DNA of 64,000 bases from Felis catus (GCF_018350175.1 NC_058368.1:98644001-98708000); one strand, 5' to 3'; numbered from the stretch's first letter, positions 13,696 to 26,558 are shown. The notes: generated from the letters alone by a model not told the origin. Made by a program: numbers and translations.

Positions 13696-14057
13696 TTGTA
13701 TTGGCTAAGGTAGGCCAGATTATACTGCAATAATAAATGAACCCTGAAATATAGGTGTAACTCAACAAGTTTATTTGTCCAATACACTGTGCTCTCCTAT
13801 GCAAGTTTAGTTTGGAATCTGATCCAAAGAGTCGCTCAGGGACCCAGGATCTTGTGTTCCTGCTATCTCAGCGCATGGTTCCCAGGCAAAAAATAATGCA
13901 AGGAGAATATATTGCATTTAATCTGCAAGTGACACAGATTGCCTATGCGTACAAAATCATAGTAACAACCTAAATCAAAGGAAGTGAACTCTTCTCATAA
14001 ACTCATGATGAAGAAAATCAGTTGGGATTTGATGAACCCATTGTTGTCTTGGCCACT
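13696..14057 (-). mobile_element. MaLR solo LTR (MLT1-like)
   Basis: tgtattggctaaggtaggccagattatactgc...aagtttattt...ctcagggacccagg matches the MLT1 terminus in reverse. Confidence 0.65.
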
Positions 14058-14121
14058 AGACTCTTTCCAGATTCTTGTGTTTCAGAATAAGGTTTATGGA
14101 ATGCTCATTTCATTGGATAGG

Positions 14122-14125
<4 letters not shown>

Positions 14126-14178
<53 letters not shown>
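14126..14178. repeat. (CA)n microsatellite
   Basis: Direct reading. Confidence 0.97.
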
Positions 14179-14179
<1 letters not shown>

Positions 14180-15835
14180 TCTTACATACACGGAGCATTT
14201 GTCAAACTCAATAAATTTGGCATTATTTCCTAAACTTATTGGAGTGAAGATTCTGCTTTTTGGGAGACCATCTGTCAGAATTAGTATTCCATGGCACAAT
14301 TTGAGAAAACCCTCTTCTTGATCAAATAGGTTGAATAAATCACAAAATATGTCATAAAATAAGAAAGCTCATTTAATGGATCTTTAGCCTACAGTAAATT
14401 TGTGGACACATCACTTGTGAGTGTATCTGTCAATAAAACCTAAATAGAAAAATAATGCACCATTTAGCTTATTGTGAAAGCAACTTTCTGACCATCTCAA
14501 GTGTCAGAGCACAACCACGGATCTGAAAATAAGAGAGAAAAGAAATGTAGGTCATGGACTTACGTGATTCTTAATTACTTTGTGTAGAGATCATGCACTG
14601 AAACGAATTTTTTTTTTATTCCAGTCAATTCCAGCTTCCTCTTGGTTGGCACAAAATATTAACATGAGATTGTTTTCAGTCCATAGCAAGTTATAGCTAC
14701 CAAATTAGAAAGTTGCAGGTTTTCTTTTTCCTCCAGAGACTTGTAAACTGGCAGTAGTGTGAAACAAAAGCATCACAACCAACAATTAGGAAAAACCCTG
14801 AAGGCCCATTAAAAAGCAAGCAAACGCACAACGATGACTAACCATATTTTTAGTAGGAGAGGTTATCTCTCTATTCCACAATTATTCAAGTTCTCCAAAT
14901 AAAGTTAAATTACCAGTAGCATGCTCTGTTTTGAAAAGACAGGCAAATACATAAAACACTCTAAATGATTGCCATTTCAAGTACTGAAAGTAAAAAATAA
15001 GTAAGTTTCATTCCTTAAAACTGTAAGCTTCAGAAATGAGATGTTCAGAATGTATCTTTGCTTCTGTCAATGTAAATTAGAAGACAGTGCTATAATGCTG
15101 TTTTGAATTTATAGAATAAAATGTGTCATATAGATTTTTATTTCTCATTTTCTCTCTTAATAACATGGCAGTTATGCACTTCTAATTTGCAGTTACAGTG
15201 AAATCTTAATTAACTTGCTAAACTGTTACATTTTAGGATAATTTTTAGCCCATTTAGAAGAGTAGATTTTAAAATGTTTCTCTATATCTTGTGTAATAAT
15301 TGCACTTTTGTATCAATTTGCATCACATTTTTCCTTAAATTGTTTTCCCATAGTTCCCGAAAAAGTATCAAGATAAATAGTGATTATCCTCACTTTGAGG
15401 CATTTTCTTTGTAAAAAAATTAGAAAAGGACTGTACATATAATTAGGTATACTTTTCATCATATGTTTGTTGGAAATGCATTTTGGATGATGGCAAATGC
15501 CATCATAAAGCAGGCATTAATAGGATTATTTACGAGCTTGTAACATCTGCTGTTTGTACCTGCTGTGGATTTCCTGAAGTACTATTAAATGAAAGCAATG
15601 ATGTATCATGCAAAGTATAGACCAACTGCGGTGAAATTGTTCACCATGAGTTACTAGTGAATCTTTTGCACGCGTTGGTGTAAACTATGTCTGGATTTAG
15701 TATTTAATGTTTTCTACTGTCATATTGAATTTGGCATGATAAGTGACTTGAAAAGAGTGGAAAATGACTAGGTCCAATGATTAATTTTCTTGGAAATCTC
15801 TTAGTTTGAAAATGCCTTAGAAATACTTTACCTTA

Positions 15836-16002
15836 GGAGTGCCTAGGTGGCTCAGTTGGTTAAACGTCTGACTCTTGATTTCAGCTCAGGTCATGATCTC
15901 ATGGGTTCCTGAGTTTGAGTCCCTTGTTGGATTCTCTGCTGACATCATGGAGCCTGCTTGGGATTCTCTGTCTCCTTCCCTCTCTGCTCTTCCCCCACTT
16001 AT

Positions 16003-16055
<53 letters not shown>

Positions 16056-16079
16056 AATAAATAAGTGAACACTAAAAAA
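15836..16079 (+). mobile_element. Can-SINE with long (CT)n
   Basis: Degenerate TSD gaaatactttacctta/gaaatattgtacctta. Confidence 0.95.
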
Positions 16080-16117
16080 AGAAATATTGTACCTTAATCA
16101 TTTTTTTCTTTTCTATA

Positions 16118-16140
16118 TATTTTTTAAGTTTATTATTTAT

Positions 16141-16185
<45 letters not shown>

Positions 16186-16344
16186 ACATTCGGCAAGCCA
16201 GCACGAGTAGGGAAGGGCCAGAGAAAGAGGGAGAGAGAGGGAATCCCAAGTGAGCTCCACACTGATAGTGCAGAGCCCGACTCGGGGCTCGAACCCCTGA
16301 ACTATGAGTTGATTGCTCAACAAACTGAACCACCCAGGTGACAC
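16118..16344 (-). mobile_element. Can-SINE (tail-to-tail with previous copy)
   Basis: (GA)n, cagagcccgactcggggctcgaacc, ends ccacccaggtg. Confidence 0.93.
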
Positions 16345-17059
16345 TCTTCTTGCATATTCTATATTAGAAACAAGATCTAAGGGCACACACTTTTTATTTT
16401 TATTTTTATTCATTTTCTTTCTTTAGACTATCTATAAGGTAATGGTGTTTCTTTCAAGATCAGAAAGCCTTGATAGCAAAATCCCTTAGGAACATCTGAT
16501 TCCAATCAGTGAGTTGGAAAGACAAATCACCAGAGTACATGGGACTACAAAAAGTGAAAATGGAGTCAACAAATAATAGCATTCAGTCTCTTTATTCGGC
16601 TTTATTTTCAATTCCTATGTGGAAAACACACAGTGTTCAGTTTTCAAACTTTAAGCTTTGGAACCATTGCTGGTTTTGGTTTGTTGGGTTTTTAGTTGAA
16701 ATAAATACACAAAAACCTACTGATCATGTGAAGACCACTTGATACCTTAACTGTTACCCTTTTTCCTTATGTGTTGTTCTTCCAAAGTCTTAGGTAAGTG
16801 ACATTTTTAAAAATCTAAAATGCGTTTACTGTGATGATTTCCCACTCTTGATTCAGGGTGCTTGTAGTGCCTCTTCTGAAGGAGCATCCTTCTGTGAGCC
16901 TTGCTTTGCCTCCTGTAAGTTGGCAGAGAACAGTGGAGCAGTGAATACACAAAACTACACATCGCTAGTGACAGTTGTGACTTTATAGCGTCCTGGGCAT
17001 TTCATACCGTGATGCAGGAATTGATGCTCTACTAGGTGCTGCTTCTTGTGTTTCCTCTT

Positions 17060-17184
<125 letters not shown>

Positions 17185-17199
17185 ATTTTTTAAATTTTA

Positions 17200-17524
17200 A
17201 AAATTGTTTTAATTTTTATTTTTTTAATATGAAATTTATTGTCACATTGGTTTCCATACAACACCCAGTGCTCATCCCAACAGGTGCCCTCCTCAGTGCC
17301 CATCACCTACCCTCCCTGCCCTCCCATTCCCCATCAACCCTCGGTTTATTCTCAGTTTTTAAGAGTCTCTTATGGTTTGGCTCTCTCTATATATAATGTT
17401 TTTTTTTTTTTCCTTCCCCTCCTGCATGGTCTTCTGTTAAGTTTCTCAGGATCCACATTAAGAGTGAAAACATATGGTATCTGTCTTTCTCTCTATGACT
17501 TATTTCACTTAGCATAACACTCTC
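17200..17524 (-). mobile_element. Felid-type L1 3' end
   Basis: gaaatttattgtcacattggtttccatacaacacccagtgctcatcccaacaggtgccctcc...gacttatttcacttagcataacac. Confidence 0.88.
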
Positions 17525-17526
17525 TT

Positions 17527-17742
17527 TTTTTGAAAAAAAAAGTTTTTTAATGTTTATTTATTCTTGAGACAGAGACAGCATACGAGCAGGGGAGGGGCAG
17601 AGAGAGAGGAAGACACAGAAACTGAAGCAGGCTCCAGGCTCTGAGCTGTCAACATAGAGCCCGAAGCAGGGCTCGAACTCACAAACCATGAGATCATGAC
17701 CTGAGCCAAAGTTGGATACTTAACCGACTGAGCCAGGCGCCC
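17527..17742 (-). mobile_element. Can-SINE inserted in the RPS27 retrocopy
   Basis: 15-bp TSD cttgtgtttcctctt at 17045 and 17743 brackets SINE + L1 + (TTTC)n. Confidence 0.95.
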
Positions 17743-17807
17743 CTTGTGTTTCCTCTTATCCTCTTTTAGAGAAGAATGGAGGAAGTCCTTCTCAAGAGTA
17801 TATTCTT

Positions 17808-17969
17808 TTTTAAAAATTTTTATTTATTTTTGAGAGAGAATGTACACAAGCAGGAGAGGGGCAGAGAGAGGGACACCACAGAGGCCAATGTGGGGCTCAG
17901 ACTCATGAACCATGAGATCATGACCTGAGCCAGCCAGATGCTTAACCAACTGAGCCACCCAGGCTCCCC
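17808..17969 (-). mobile_element. Short Can-SINE inserted at the RPS27 start-codon region
   Basis: Degenerate TSD tcaagagtatattctt (17792) / ttgagagaatattctt (17970). Confidence 0.92.
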
Positions 17970-18401
17970 TTGAGAGAATATTCTTGTGGGGAGGTTGTCA
18001 CCACCACAAAGCCATTTCAGATTATTTTAGGTTTGAATGCAATGCAAGAAATCATACAGAGATATCCCATGTACTTTTACCCAGTTTGCTCCAGTGGTAG
18101 TATCTTGAAAACTCTAATGCAATATCATGACCAGTATATTGACATTGATATAGTCAAAATACAGAATAGTTCTCTCACCACAAAGATCTCTCATGTTGCC
18201 TTTTTATAGCCCCGCCTACTTCCCTCCTGCTCCCACCTGCCCTCTAACTTCTGCCAGTCACTAGTCTGTCCTCCCATTTCTCCTATTTACCATTTCACAG
18301 TTGTTATATAAATGGAATCACACAAAATACGACCTTTTGGGAATGGCATTTTTCCCTGTTCATCTTCATCCTCTGGAGACCATTGAAGTTTTTTATCAAT
18401 A

Positions 18402-18727
18402 CAGTTGATCCTTAACAACTAGTAGGTTAGGGATGCTGATCTTCCCCCAAACCCCATGAGCTCAAAAATCTGCATATAACTTCTGGATTCACAAAAACTT
18501 AACTAGTAATAGCCTACTATTGACCTGAAGTCTTACTGATAAGATAAACAGTTGACTAACACAAATTTTGTATGTTATATGTATTCTATACTGTATTCTT
18601 ACAACAAAGTAGCTAGAGAAAATAAAGTCACAAGGAAGAACAGATACATTTGTAGTACTGTGCTATAAGAAATCTGTGTATAAGGGGACCCACACACTTC
18701 AAACCCTTATTTTTCAAGGGTCAACTG
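18402..18727. mobile_element. Tigger2-derived MITE (Tc1/mariner superfamily)
   Basis: TIRs cagttgatcctt / aagggtcaactg with TA duplication on both sides; interrupts L1 sequence. Confidence 0.9.
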
Positions 18728-19459
18728 TAGTTTGTTTCTTTTTATTGCCCACTAGTATTCCATGGTGTAGATGTATCCACCATACCTCATTTAAGCACTC
18801 ACCCATTGAAGGACATCTGGGTTGTTTCCAGTTTGAGCTATTGTAAAGAAAAAAAGCTGCTATAAATATGCATGTACAAGTTTTTGCATGAACATAAATT
18901 TTTACTGCTCTTAGATAAATGGTTGAGAGTGCAATTATTGCTGGACTATTTGGCAGTAACATGTTTAATTTTATAGGACCCATCAGTCTTCCTGAGTTGC
19001 TTTACCATTCATGGTTCCACCAGCAATGTATGAGTGATCCTGTTTCTCTGTGTCTTCACCAACATTTGATGTTGTCACAACTTTTATCTTTGCCATTCTG
19101 ATAGGCGTTTAGTGACATTTATTGTAGTTTTAATCTGCATTTTCTCTGATGGCTTATTATGTTGAACATCTTTGCATTTGCTTTTTTGCTAGGCATATAT
19201 TATCTTTGGTAAAATGTTATGTCCATATCTTTTGTCTCTCTTTGAATTGGATTGCTTATTTCTTAGTTTTAAGTTCTTTATATATTCTAGATACTTGTCC
19301 TTTGTCAGACATAAGGTTTGCTACTACGTTTTCCCAGTTTGTAGCTTGTCTTTTCATCCCCTTCACAGGGCCTTTCTTAAGGCAAAAGTTTTAAAGTTTG
19401 ATCAAGTTCACTTGAGCAGTTTTTCATTTTAGAGATCATGTTATTGATCTCTTTTCCTA

Positions 19460-19670
19460 GGGGCGCCCCTGCGTGGCTCAGTTGGTTAAGTGTCAGACTC
19501 TTAATTTTGGCTCAAATCATGATCTTAACATTCCTAAGATCGAGCCTCACATCAAGCCTTGCATAGAGCTCCGTGCTGACAGCATGGAGCCTGCTTGGGA
19601 TTCTCTATCTCTTGGCCCCACCCTCCCCTCACTCTCTCTCAAAAAAAAGTAAACATTAAAAACAAACAAA
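19460..19670 (+). mobile_element. Can-SINE nested in L1
   Basis: TSD ctcttttccta. Confidence 0.93.
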
Positions 19671-20380
19671 CCTCTTTTCCTAGACCCAAATCCTAAAGGT
19701 TTCTCTTATTTTTTCTTAATATTTTATGTTTTTGCATTTTACATTTAAGTCTGTGATACATTTTGATTTAACTCTTGTATAAGAGGTAAGAGTTAAGTTG
19801 AGGTTCATTGCTTTATCTATGGATATCTACTTGATCCAGCCCAATTTGGAAAGAAAGGCTAGCTTTCTCCCATTAAATTGCTTTTGCATATTTCCAGGAG
19901 ATCATTTGGGCATATTTCTCTGGTACTATCTCTAGATTCTGTATTCTGTTCCAGTGGCCTGTGTGTCTCTTCCTCCAGTGATATACAATATTGATTATTT
20001 GAACTATAATAATCCTTGAAGTTGGGTAGACGGATTCCTCCCACTTTGTTCTTTTTCCAAATTGTCTTAGAATAGCCAAATCATTCTAATTTCTTTGATT
20101 TCTATATAAATTTTAGAGTAATCTTGTCAATCTTTATTTTTAAAAGAGCTCTGCTGGGACTTTGATAGGAATTGTATTAAACTTGAATATCAGCTTGTGA
20201 AGAATTGACAACCTTTTAATGTGGAGTCTTCTAGTCAATGAACATGATATGTGTATTTATTTAAATCTACTTAATTTTTTCCACTAGCTTTTTGTGGCTT
20301 TCTTGATATATTCATATACATGTTTGATTAGATTGCTACCTATTTTTGAGCGATTATAAATGATATCTATCATGTTTTAA

Positions 20381-20602
20381 GGGTTTTTTTAAAATGTTTA
20401 TTTATTTTTGAGAGAGACAGAGACAGAGTGTGAGTAGGGGAGGGGCAGAGTGTGAGTAGTAGGAGAGGCACAGAATCTGAAGCAGGCTCCAGGCTCTGAG
20501 CTGTCAGCACAGAGACAGACGCGGGGCTCGAACTCACAGACCGTGAGACCATGACCCGAGCTGAGGTCGGATGCTCAAGTGACTGAGCCACCCAAGCGCC
20601 CC
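20381..20602 (-). mobile_element. Can-SINE nested in L1
   Basis: TSD tatcatgttttaa; internal duplication of cagagtgtgagtag. Confidence 0.95.
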
Positions 20603-22505
20603 TATCATGTTTTAAATTTCAGTGTCCACCTGCTTATTGCTAGTATATAAAGATACAGTTGGCTTTTGTATGTGTATCTTAAATCCTATGATTTGATGAA
20701 CACATTTTTTATTTCTAGGAGATTTAGTTTTTAGTTTATTTTTAGGTTCTCTGGGATTTTCTGACAATTATGTTTCTTGCAAATAAGGACAGTCATATTT
20801 CTGCCTTTTTTTATTTGTATACCTTTTCTTTCCTTTTATTGCCTTATTATACTGACTAGATCCTCCAATGTGTGCTACAAAAAAGTAGAGAGAGTGGCTG
20901 TCTTTTTTTGTGCCCAATGTTAGGGAGAATATATTCATTTTTTCACCAGTCAGTAAAATATTAGCTGTAGGATTTTGTAGGTTTCCTTTATCAACATAAG
21001 GAAATTTCCTTCTATTCCTATTTTTTTTTCTGAGAACTTATGTCATGAATGGGTGTTGAATTTGTTTAAATTCTTTTTCTGCATTGATGGATATGATCAT
21101 AAATGATAATTTTTTTTTCTTTAGCTTTTTAATATGGTGGTTTAAACCAGCCCTGCATTCCTGAAATAAACATCATTTGGTTATGGTGTATAACTTACAT
21201 ATACATGAATTTTATTTGCTAATAAACTGTTAAGGATTTTTGTTTCTGTAGTCATGAGGGACGTTGGTATGTAGTTTTATCTTCTTGTACTGTCTTTGAT
21301 TGATTTTTGCATCAGGGTGATACTAGCTTTATAAAATGAATTGTGAAGTGTTCCCACACCTTATATTTTCTGGAAGAGATTGTGTTGCATTTATGTTAAT
21401 TCTCTGAATGTTTGATAGAATTCTCCATCTGAGCTTGAAGATTTTTCTTTTTAGGAACTTTAAAATTATTATTTCAATTTCTTTAATGGTTATAGGATTA
21501 GTCAAATTATCTGTTTTATATTGAACAAGGTTAGGTAGTTTATGTTTTTTAAAGATGTGATCAATTTCATGTCATCTCTCAGCTATTAGGTCTGTAGAGC
21601 TATTTATGGTATTATTTTATTTTATTGTTTTGGTATCAGCAGGAGCTATGTTGATATCCCCATTCCATTCCTGATACAGGTAATTTGTACCCTCTCTCTT
21701 GTTTTCTTGGTTACTCTTTAGAGGTTTGTCAGTTTTATTGTTCTTTTGAAAGATCAGTTCATTATTTCATTGTGTTTTTTTTCTGTTGTTAATTTCATTG
21801 GTTTATGCTCTTGTGTTTATTATTAACTTCTTTTACCTTGTTTGTTTGTTTGTTTGTTTTGTTTGTTTCTCTTTTTTTTTTAGTTTCTTGAGGTAGGAAT
21901 TTGGATGTATTGTTAGGCTTTTCATCTTCCCTAATGTAAGCTTGTAATAGTATATGCTTCCCTTTTAGTTCTGCAATAGCTGTGTCCCACATATATTAAC
22001 ATTTTATATTTTTATTTTCATTCAGTTCAGTTTACTTTTTAATTTCTCTTGAAACCTCTTCTTTGACCCATGTGTTATTTAGAAGTGTGCTGTTTAGTTG
22101 CTAAGTATTTGGAGATTTTCATGTTCTCTTTTTGTGATTGATTTCTAGTTTGATTTCCATTGAGGTCAGAGAATACACTCTGTATGATTTCAATTATGCT
22201 AATTAGTTGAACCTTTTTTATGGCCCAAAATATGATATAGTCTGGCATATATTCCATATATAATTGAAAATAAATGTGCATTCTGCCATTTTGTAGAGTG
22301 TTCCATGAATGCTGGTTAAATCTTATTGGTTGATGGTATTGTTGAGTTCTGTTATATCCTTCTGATTTTCTTTCTGGTTGTACTCTCAATTTCAAAAGAA
22401 AGATTTTAAAGACTCCAACTACAGCTGTGGTTTTGTCTACTAGATTTTGCTTAACTTGTTTATAGCTCTGTTTTGGGTGCATACGCAGGGTTGCTATGTC
22501 TTTTT

Positions 22506-22728
22506 TTTTTTAATATATTTTTTTAAACGTTTATTTATTTTTGACAGAGAGAGACAGAGCATGAACGGGGGAGGGGCAGAGAGAGAGGGAGACACAGAAT
22601 CGGAAACAGGCTCCAGGCTCTGAGCCACCATCAGCCCAGAGCCCGACGCGGGGCTCGAACTCCCGGACGAAGAGATCGTGACCTGGCTGAAGTCGGACAC
22701 TTAACCGACTGCGCCACCCAGGCGCCCC
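22506..22728 (-). mobile_element. Young felid-type Can-SINE nested in L1
   Basis: CpG-rich; TSD tgctatgtcttttt at 22492 and 22729. Confidence 0.97.
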
Positions 22729-23388
22729 TGCTATGTCTTTTTGATGAACTGATCCTTTTATAATTGTATAGTATTTCTCTTTCTTTAGTATATACATTTT
22801 ACTTTGACTTCTATTTGATCTGATATTAACATAACTTCTCTTGCATTTTTTAAAATTAATGCCTGCATGCTTCATGTTTTTCCATGTTTTTCACGTGTCT
22901 GTATCATGTTAAAAGTGAGTTTCTGGTAGACAGTATATAATTGGGTCATTCACATTACTAATCTCTTTCTTTTAATTGATGTTTTTAGACCATTTACACT
23001 TAACATGATTATTGGCATGTTAAGGCTTAAGTCTGTCATTTTAGTTTTGTTTTCTGTTTGTTTTCTTTCATTTTCATTTCTCTCTTTTTTCCTAACTTCT
23101 TGCATGTTACCTGAATGTATTTAAAATTTAATTTTGATTTATCTATAGTATTTTATGTTTATCTCTTTACATAGCTTTTTTAGTGGTGGTTCTAGGTATT
23201 AAATTATATATGCATAGTTTATCACAGTCTACTGATGTTATCATTTTACAAATTTGAGTGCAGTGTAGACACCTTACCTCCCTTTATGTCTTCACTCTTC
23301 CTCATATATAGTACTTGTCTTAAATATCTTCTCTACATATATTTACAATTTTATCAGTCTTACACTTTATTATTTTGCCACCAAACAT

Positions 23389-23615
23389 GGGGCACCTGGG
23401 TGGCTCAGTCACTTGAGCATCCGACCTCAGCTCGGGTCATGGTCTCGCGGTCTGTGAGTTCAAGCCCGGCGTGGGGCTCTGTGCTGACAGCTCAGAGCCT
23501 GGGGCCTGCTTCGGATTCTGTGTCTCGCTCTCTCTCTGCCTCTCCCCCACTCATGCTCTGTCTCTCTCTGTCAAAAATAAATAAACATTAAAAAAAATTA
23601 AAAAAAGAAAAGAAA
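23389..23615 (+). mobile_element. Can-SINE nested in L1
   Basis: ggggcacctgggtggctcagtc head, A tail. Confidence 0.95.
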
Positions 23616-24461
23616 ACTTAAGACCAAAGCAGTATCTGTTGTATTTACCCATGTTTTTGTTTTACTGTGTTTTTTCCTTCCAGATGTTTTAATTATCTTT
23701 TTAAATTACTTCCTTTTTGTTTATAGAACATCCTTTAGTCCTTTCAGAAGAGGTCTGCTCATGACTAATTCTCTTCACTTTCCTTCATCTGAGAATGTCT
23801 TGATTCACCTTTCATTCTGTAAGGGTATTTTCACTGGTTATAGGATTCTGGGTAAACAGTTCTTTCCTTTCAGCCCTTAAAAGGTGTTATTCTACTTGTT
23901 TTTTATATCCATGGTTTCTGATATGAAATTTGTTGTAATTCAAATTACTTTCTGCTATAGACAAGATGTTATTTCTCTCTTACTAATTTCATTATTTTTC
24001 TTTGTTTTCAGAGAGTTGCCTGTGATGTATCTTGGTTCGTATTTCTTATTGGATTTATGTTGTTTTGAATTTGCTCATTTTCCTGAACCCAAAGGTATAT
24101 GTCTTGAAAAATAAGGGAAATGTTCAGCTGTTATTTATTTGGGTATGTTTTTTGTAACCCTATCCTTTTCCTCTCCTTCTGTGACTTCAAGTGTAATGAA
24201 TGTTAGATCTTTGGGTAAGGTCTTATGGATCCCTGCAGGTCTTGTTGTTGTTGTTGCTGTTTTCAGTCTATTTTCCTCTGTTTTTCAGATTGGATTATAT
24301 CTATTCTGTCTAGTCCATAATATTCAAATAAATTCACTGATTCTTTCTTCTGTCCCCTCCATTCTGTCATGGAGCCCATTCCATGAGTTTTAAATTTTGA
24401 TTATTGTATTTTTCACTACTAAAACCTACATGTGGCCCTTCTTTATGTCTCTGATTTCTTT

Positions 24462-24686
24462 TTTTTTTTCTTTTTTTTTTCAACATTTTTTATTTATTTT
24501 TGGGACAGAGAGAGACAGAGCATAAACGGGGGAGGGGCAGAGAGAGAGGGAGACACAGAACCGGAAACAGGCTCCAGGCTCTGAGCCATCAGCCCAGAGC
24601 CCGATGCGGGGCTCGAACTCACGGACCGCAAGATCGTGACCTGGCTGAAGTCGGATGCTTAACCGACTGCGCCACCCAGGCGCCCC
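24462..24686 (-). mobile_element. Young felid-type Can-SINE nested in L1
   Basis: TSD tctgatttcttt at 24450 and 24687. Confidence 0.97.
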
Positions 24687-25509
24687 TCTGATTTCTTTAC
24701 TGAATATATTTCTACATTTTTTCAATGTTTTTGTTTGTTTCAGCATATTGACAATTATTTATTTAAGCTATTATTTTGTGATTTTCTTTAAAATCTTTAT
24801 CTGATATTTTTTGTCATCAAGGTGTTCATATCTATTGATTATCTTTCTTTTTTTCATTCTCTTTGGAAATTTCTGGTTATTGGAATGATGAGTGATTCAC
24901 AACTGAAACCTGGACATTTTGGATATTATGTTATGAGTGTTTGTGAAGAGAATATAATACATCATTACTGCCAGAGTGGGTACAAGTCCAGTTTCCATAC
25001 TCAGCTCTGTTGATACCCAAGGGCATGAAAGAAGGGTGTAGGAAGGGGAGGTAGACTTTACTCTCCTTTGGGAATGAAAGTTCAGGTCCTCTCCAAACCT
25101 AAACTTTTCCAGCATGCCTCTTTATAGCCTCTCCAGGGTGGAAGTCTAGGCTCACCACTTGGCCTCTGCTTCTGCAGGTGGGAGTGGGTCCACAGTGTTT
25201 TCTGTGGTTGTTGGTTAGAGTAGAGCAGCTATTGTCCAAATTCTCTTTTCCTGTCAGGCTGTTCTTTTCCTGGTGATTTGGCTAGAGGAGAAAACTTTTT
25301 GCTGGGCCTTCTTAGTTTGTTTCCCTTTATAGTTCCAGCTTGCTGGTTCCTTCACCAAGAAGTCAAGGATATGTAATACAAAAGGAAAATTCAGGGGACT
25401 TACCACCTTTATTCCCCCTTGGGTTTTGAGGTCCCTAGCTATTCTTCCTTCTCTCTTTCTTTTAGAGTCCTATTATGTTCATTTTGTATATAATATCCAG
25501 GGATTTTAT

Positions 25510-25730
25510 TCTATTTTTTTATTAAAAAAATTTAATGTTTATTTCTGAGAGAAAGACAGAGTGGGAGTCGGGGAGGGGCAGAGAGAGAGACGGAGACATA
25601 GAATCCTAAATAGGTTCCAAGTTCCCATCTGTCAGCACAGAGCCAAATGCGGGGCTTGAACCCACAAACCATGAGACCATGAACAGAGCCAAAGTCAGAC
25701 GCTTAACCGACTGAGCCACCCAGGTGCCCC
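25510..25730 (-). mobile_element. Can-SINE nested in L1 5' region
   Basis: Degenerate TSD taat(a/g)tccagg(g)atttta. Confidence 0.93.
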
Positions 25731-26371
25731 TGTAATGTCCAGGATTTTAGCTGTACTTCATGGGAGTAATAAAGTATATCTACTCCATGTTTCTGGAAGC
25801 TGAAGTCCTTGATACCATTTGCTTTTCAATGGAAACAGTAAACAAATTCTATATTTGATGGTGTAGACATATTGTAAAATTAAAACTTTTTGGCTAAAAT
25901 GTTAAAATTTCAATCATGAATCTTAAAAAACATGTCATTCACCAAAGAAAAGCATTAATTCTTGATGTCTTGCCTGTTTGTAATTAGATAATAGAAATAC
26001 CACATGGAGAACTGATTGCCTCTGAAGAAGTTTGTATTTTCTGTCAATCTCATTAAAGAAAATACAAATATAGAAATAAAGTAAAGGCCATGACTTATTC
26101 CTATTTTTTTTTTTATTAAAAGAAATGGTCTTTCAGAAGTGGTCTTACAATGGGCTATGCCAGATAAAATAAATCCATGACAAGAGAGTCTACATTATTT
26201 AAGTTAGGCTAGATTCTATACATTTTCTGTCCTTTTTGTTGTTTACCTTATAGGTTGATTAGAAATTAATGTTTGGATACCACTCTTTTGTATTTATATT
26301 TGATCTTACTATTTTGATCTTATGAGCTTAGTACTACATAATAACCAAGAAGTCTTAAAAATAAAGTGAGT

Positions 26372-26558
26372 GGAGCATCTGGGTGGCTCATTCTGTTAAG
26401 TGTCCGACTCTTGATTTCGGCTCAGGTCATGATTTCACAGTTCATGAGTTTGAGCCCTGCATGAGGCTCTACACTGATAGTGCACTATCAGTGCAGAGCC
26501 TGACTGGGATTCTCTTTCTTCCTCTCTCTATGCCCCTCTCCACTCACCCACTCTTTCT

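Larger units (their letters stand above)
18013..25807 (-). mobile_element. Near full-length ancient L1 (L1MC/L1MD class), decayed, with nested insertions
   Basis: 3'UTR at about 18013-18400. Minus-strand ORF2 remnants occur in the correct order: KEKYYTIIKGSVHQKDI and IEIIQSVFSDLNG (endonuclease), MWDTAIAELKGK, GGIRLPNFKDYY, HWNRIQNLEI, NWKQPRCPS. A 5'-end-like gacttcagcttccagaaacatggagtag begins at 25807. Confidence 0.85.
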
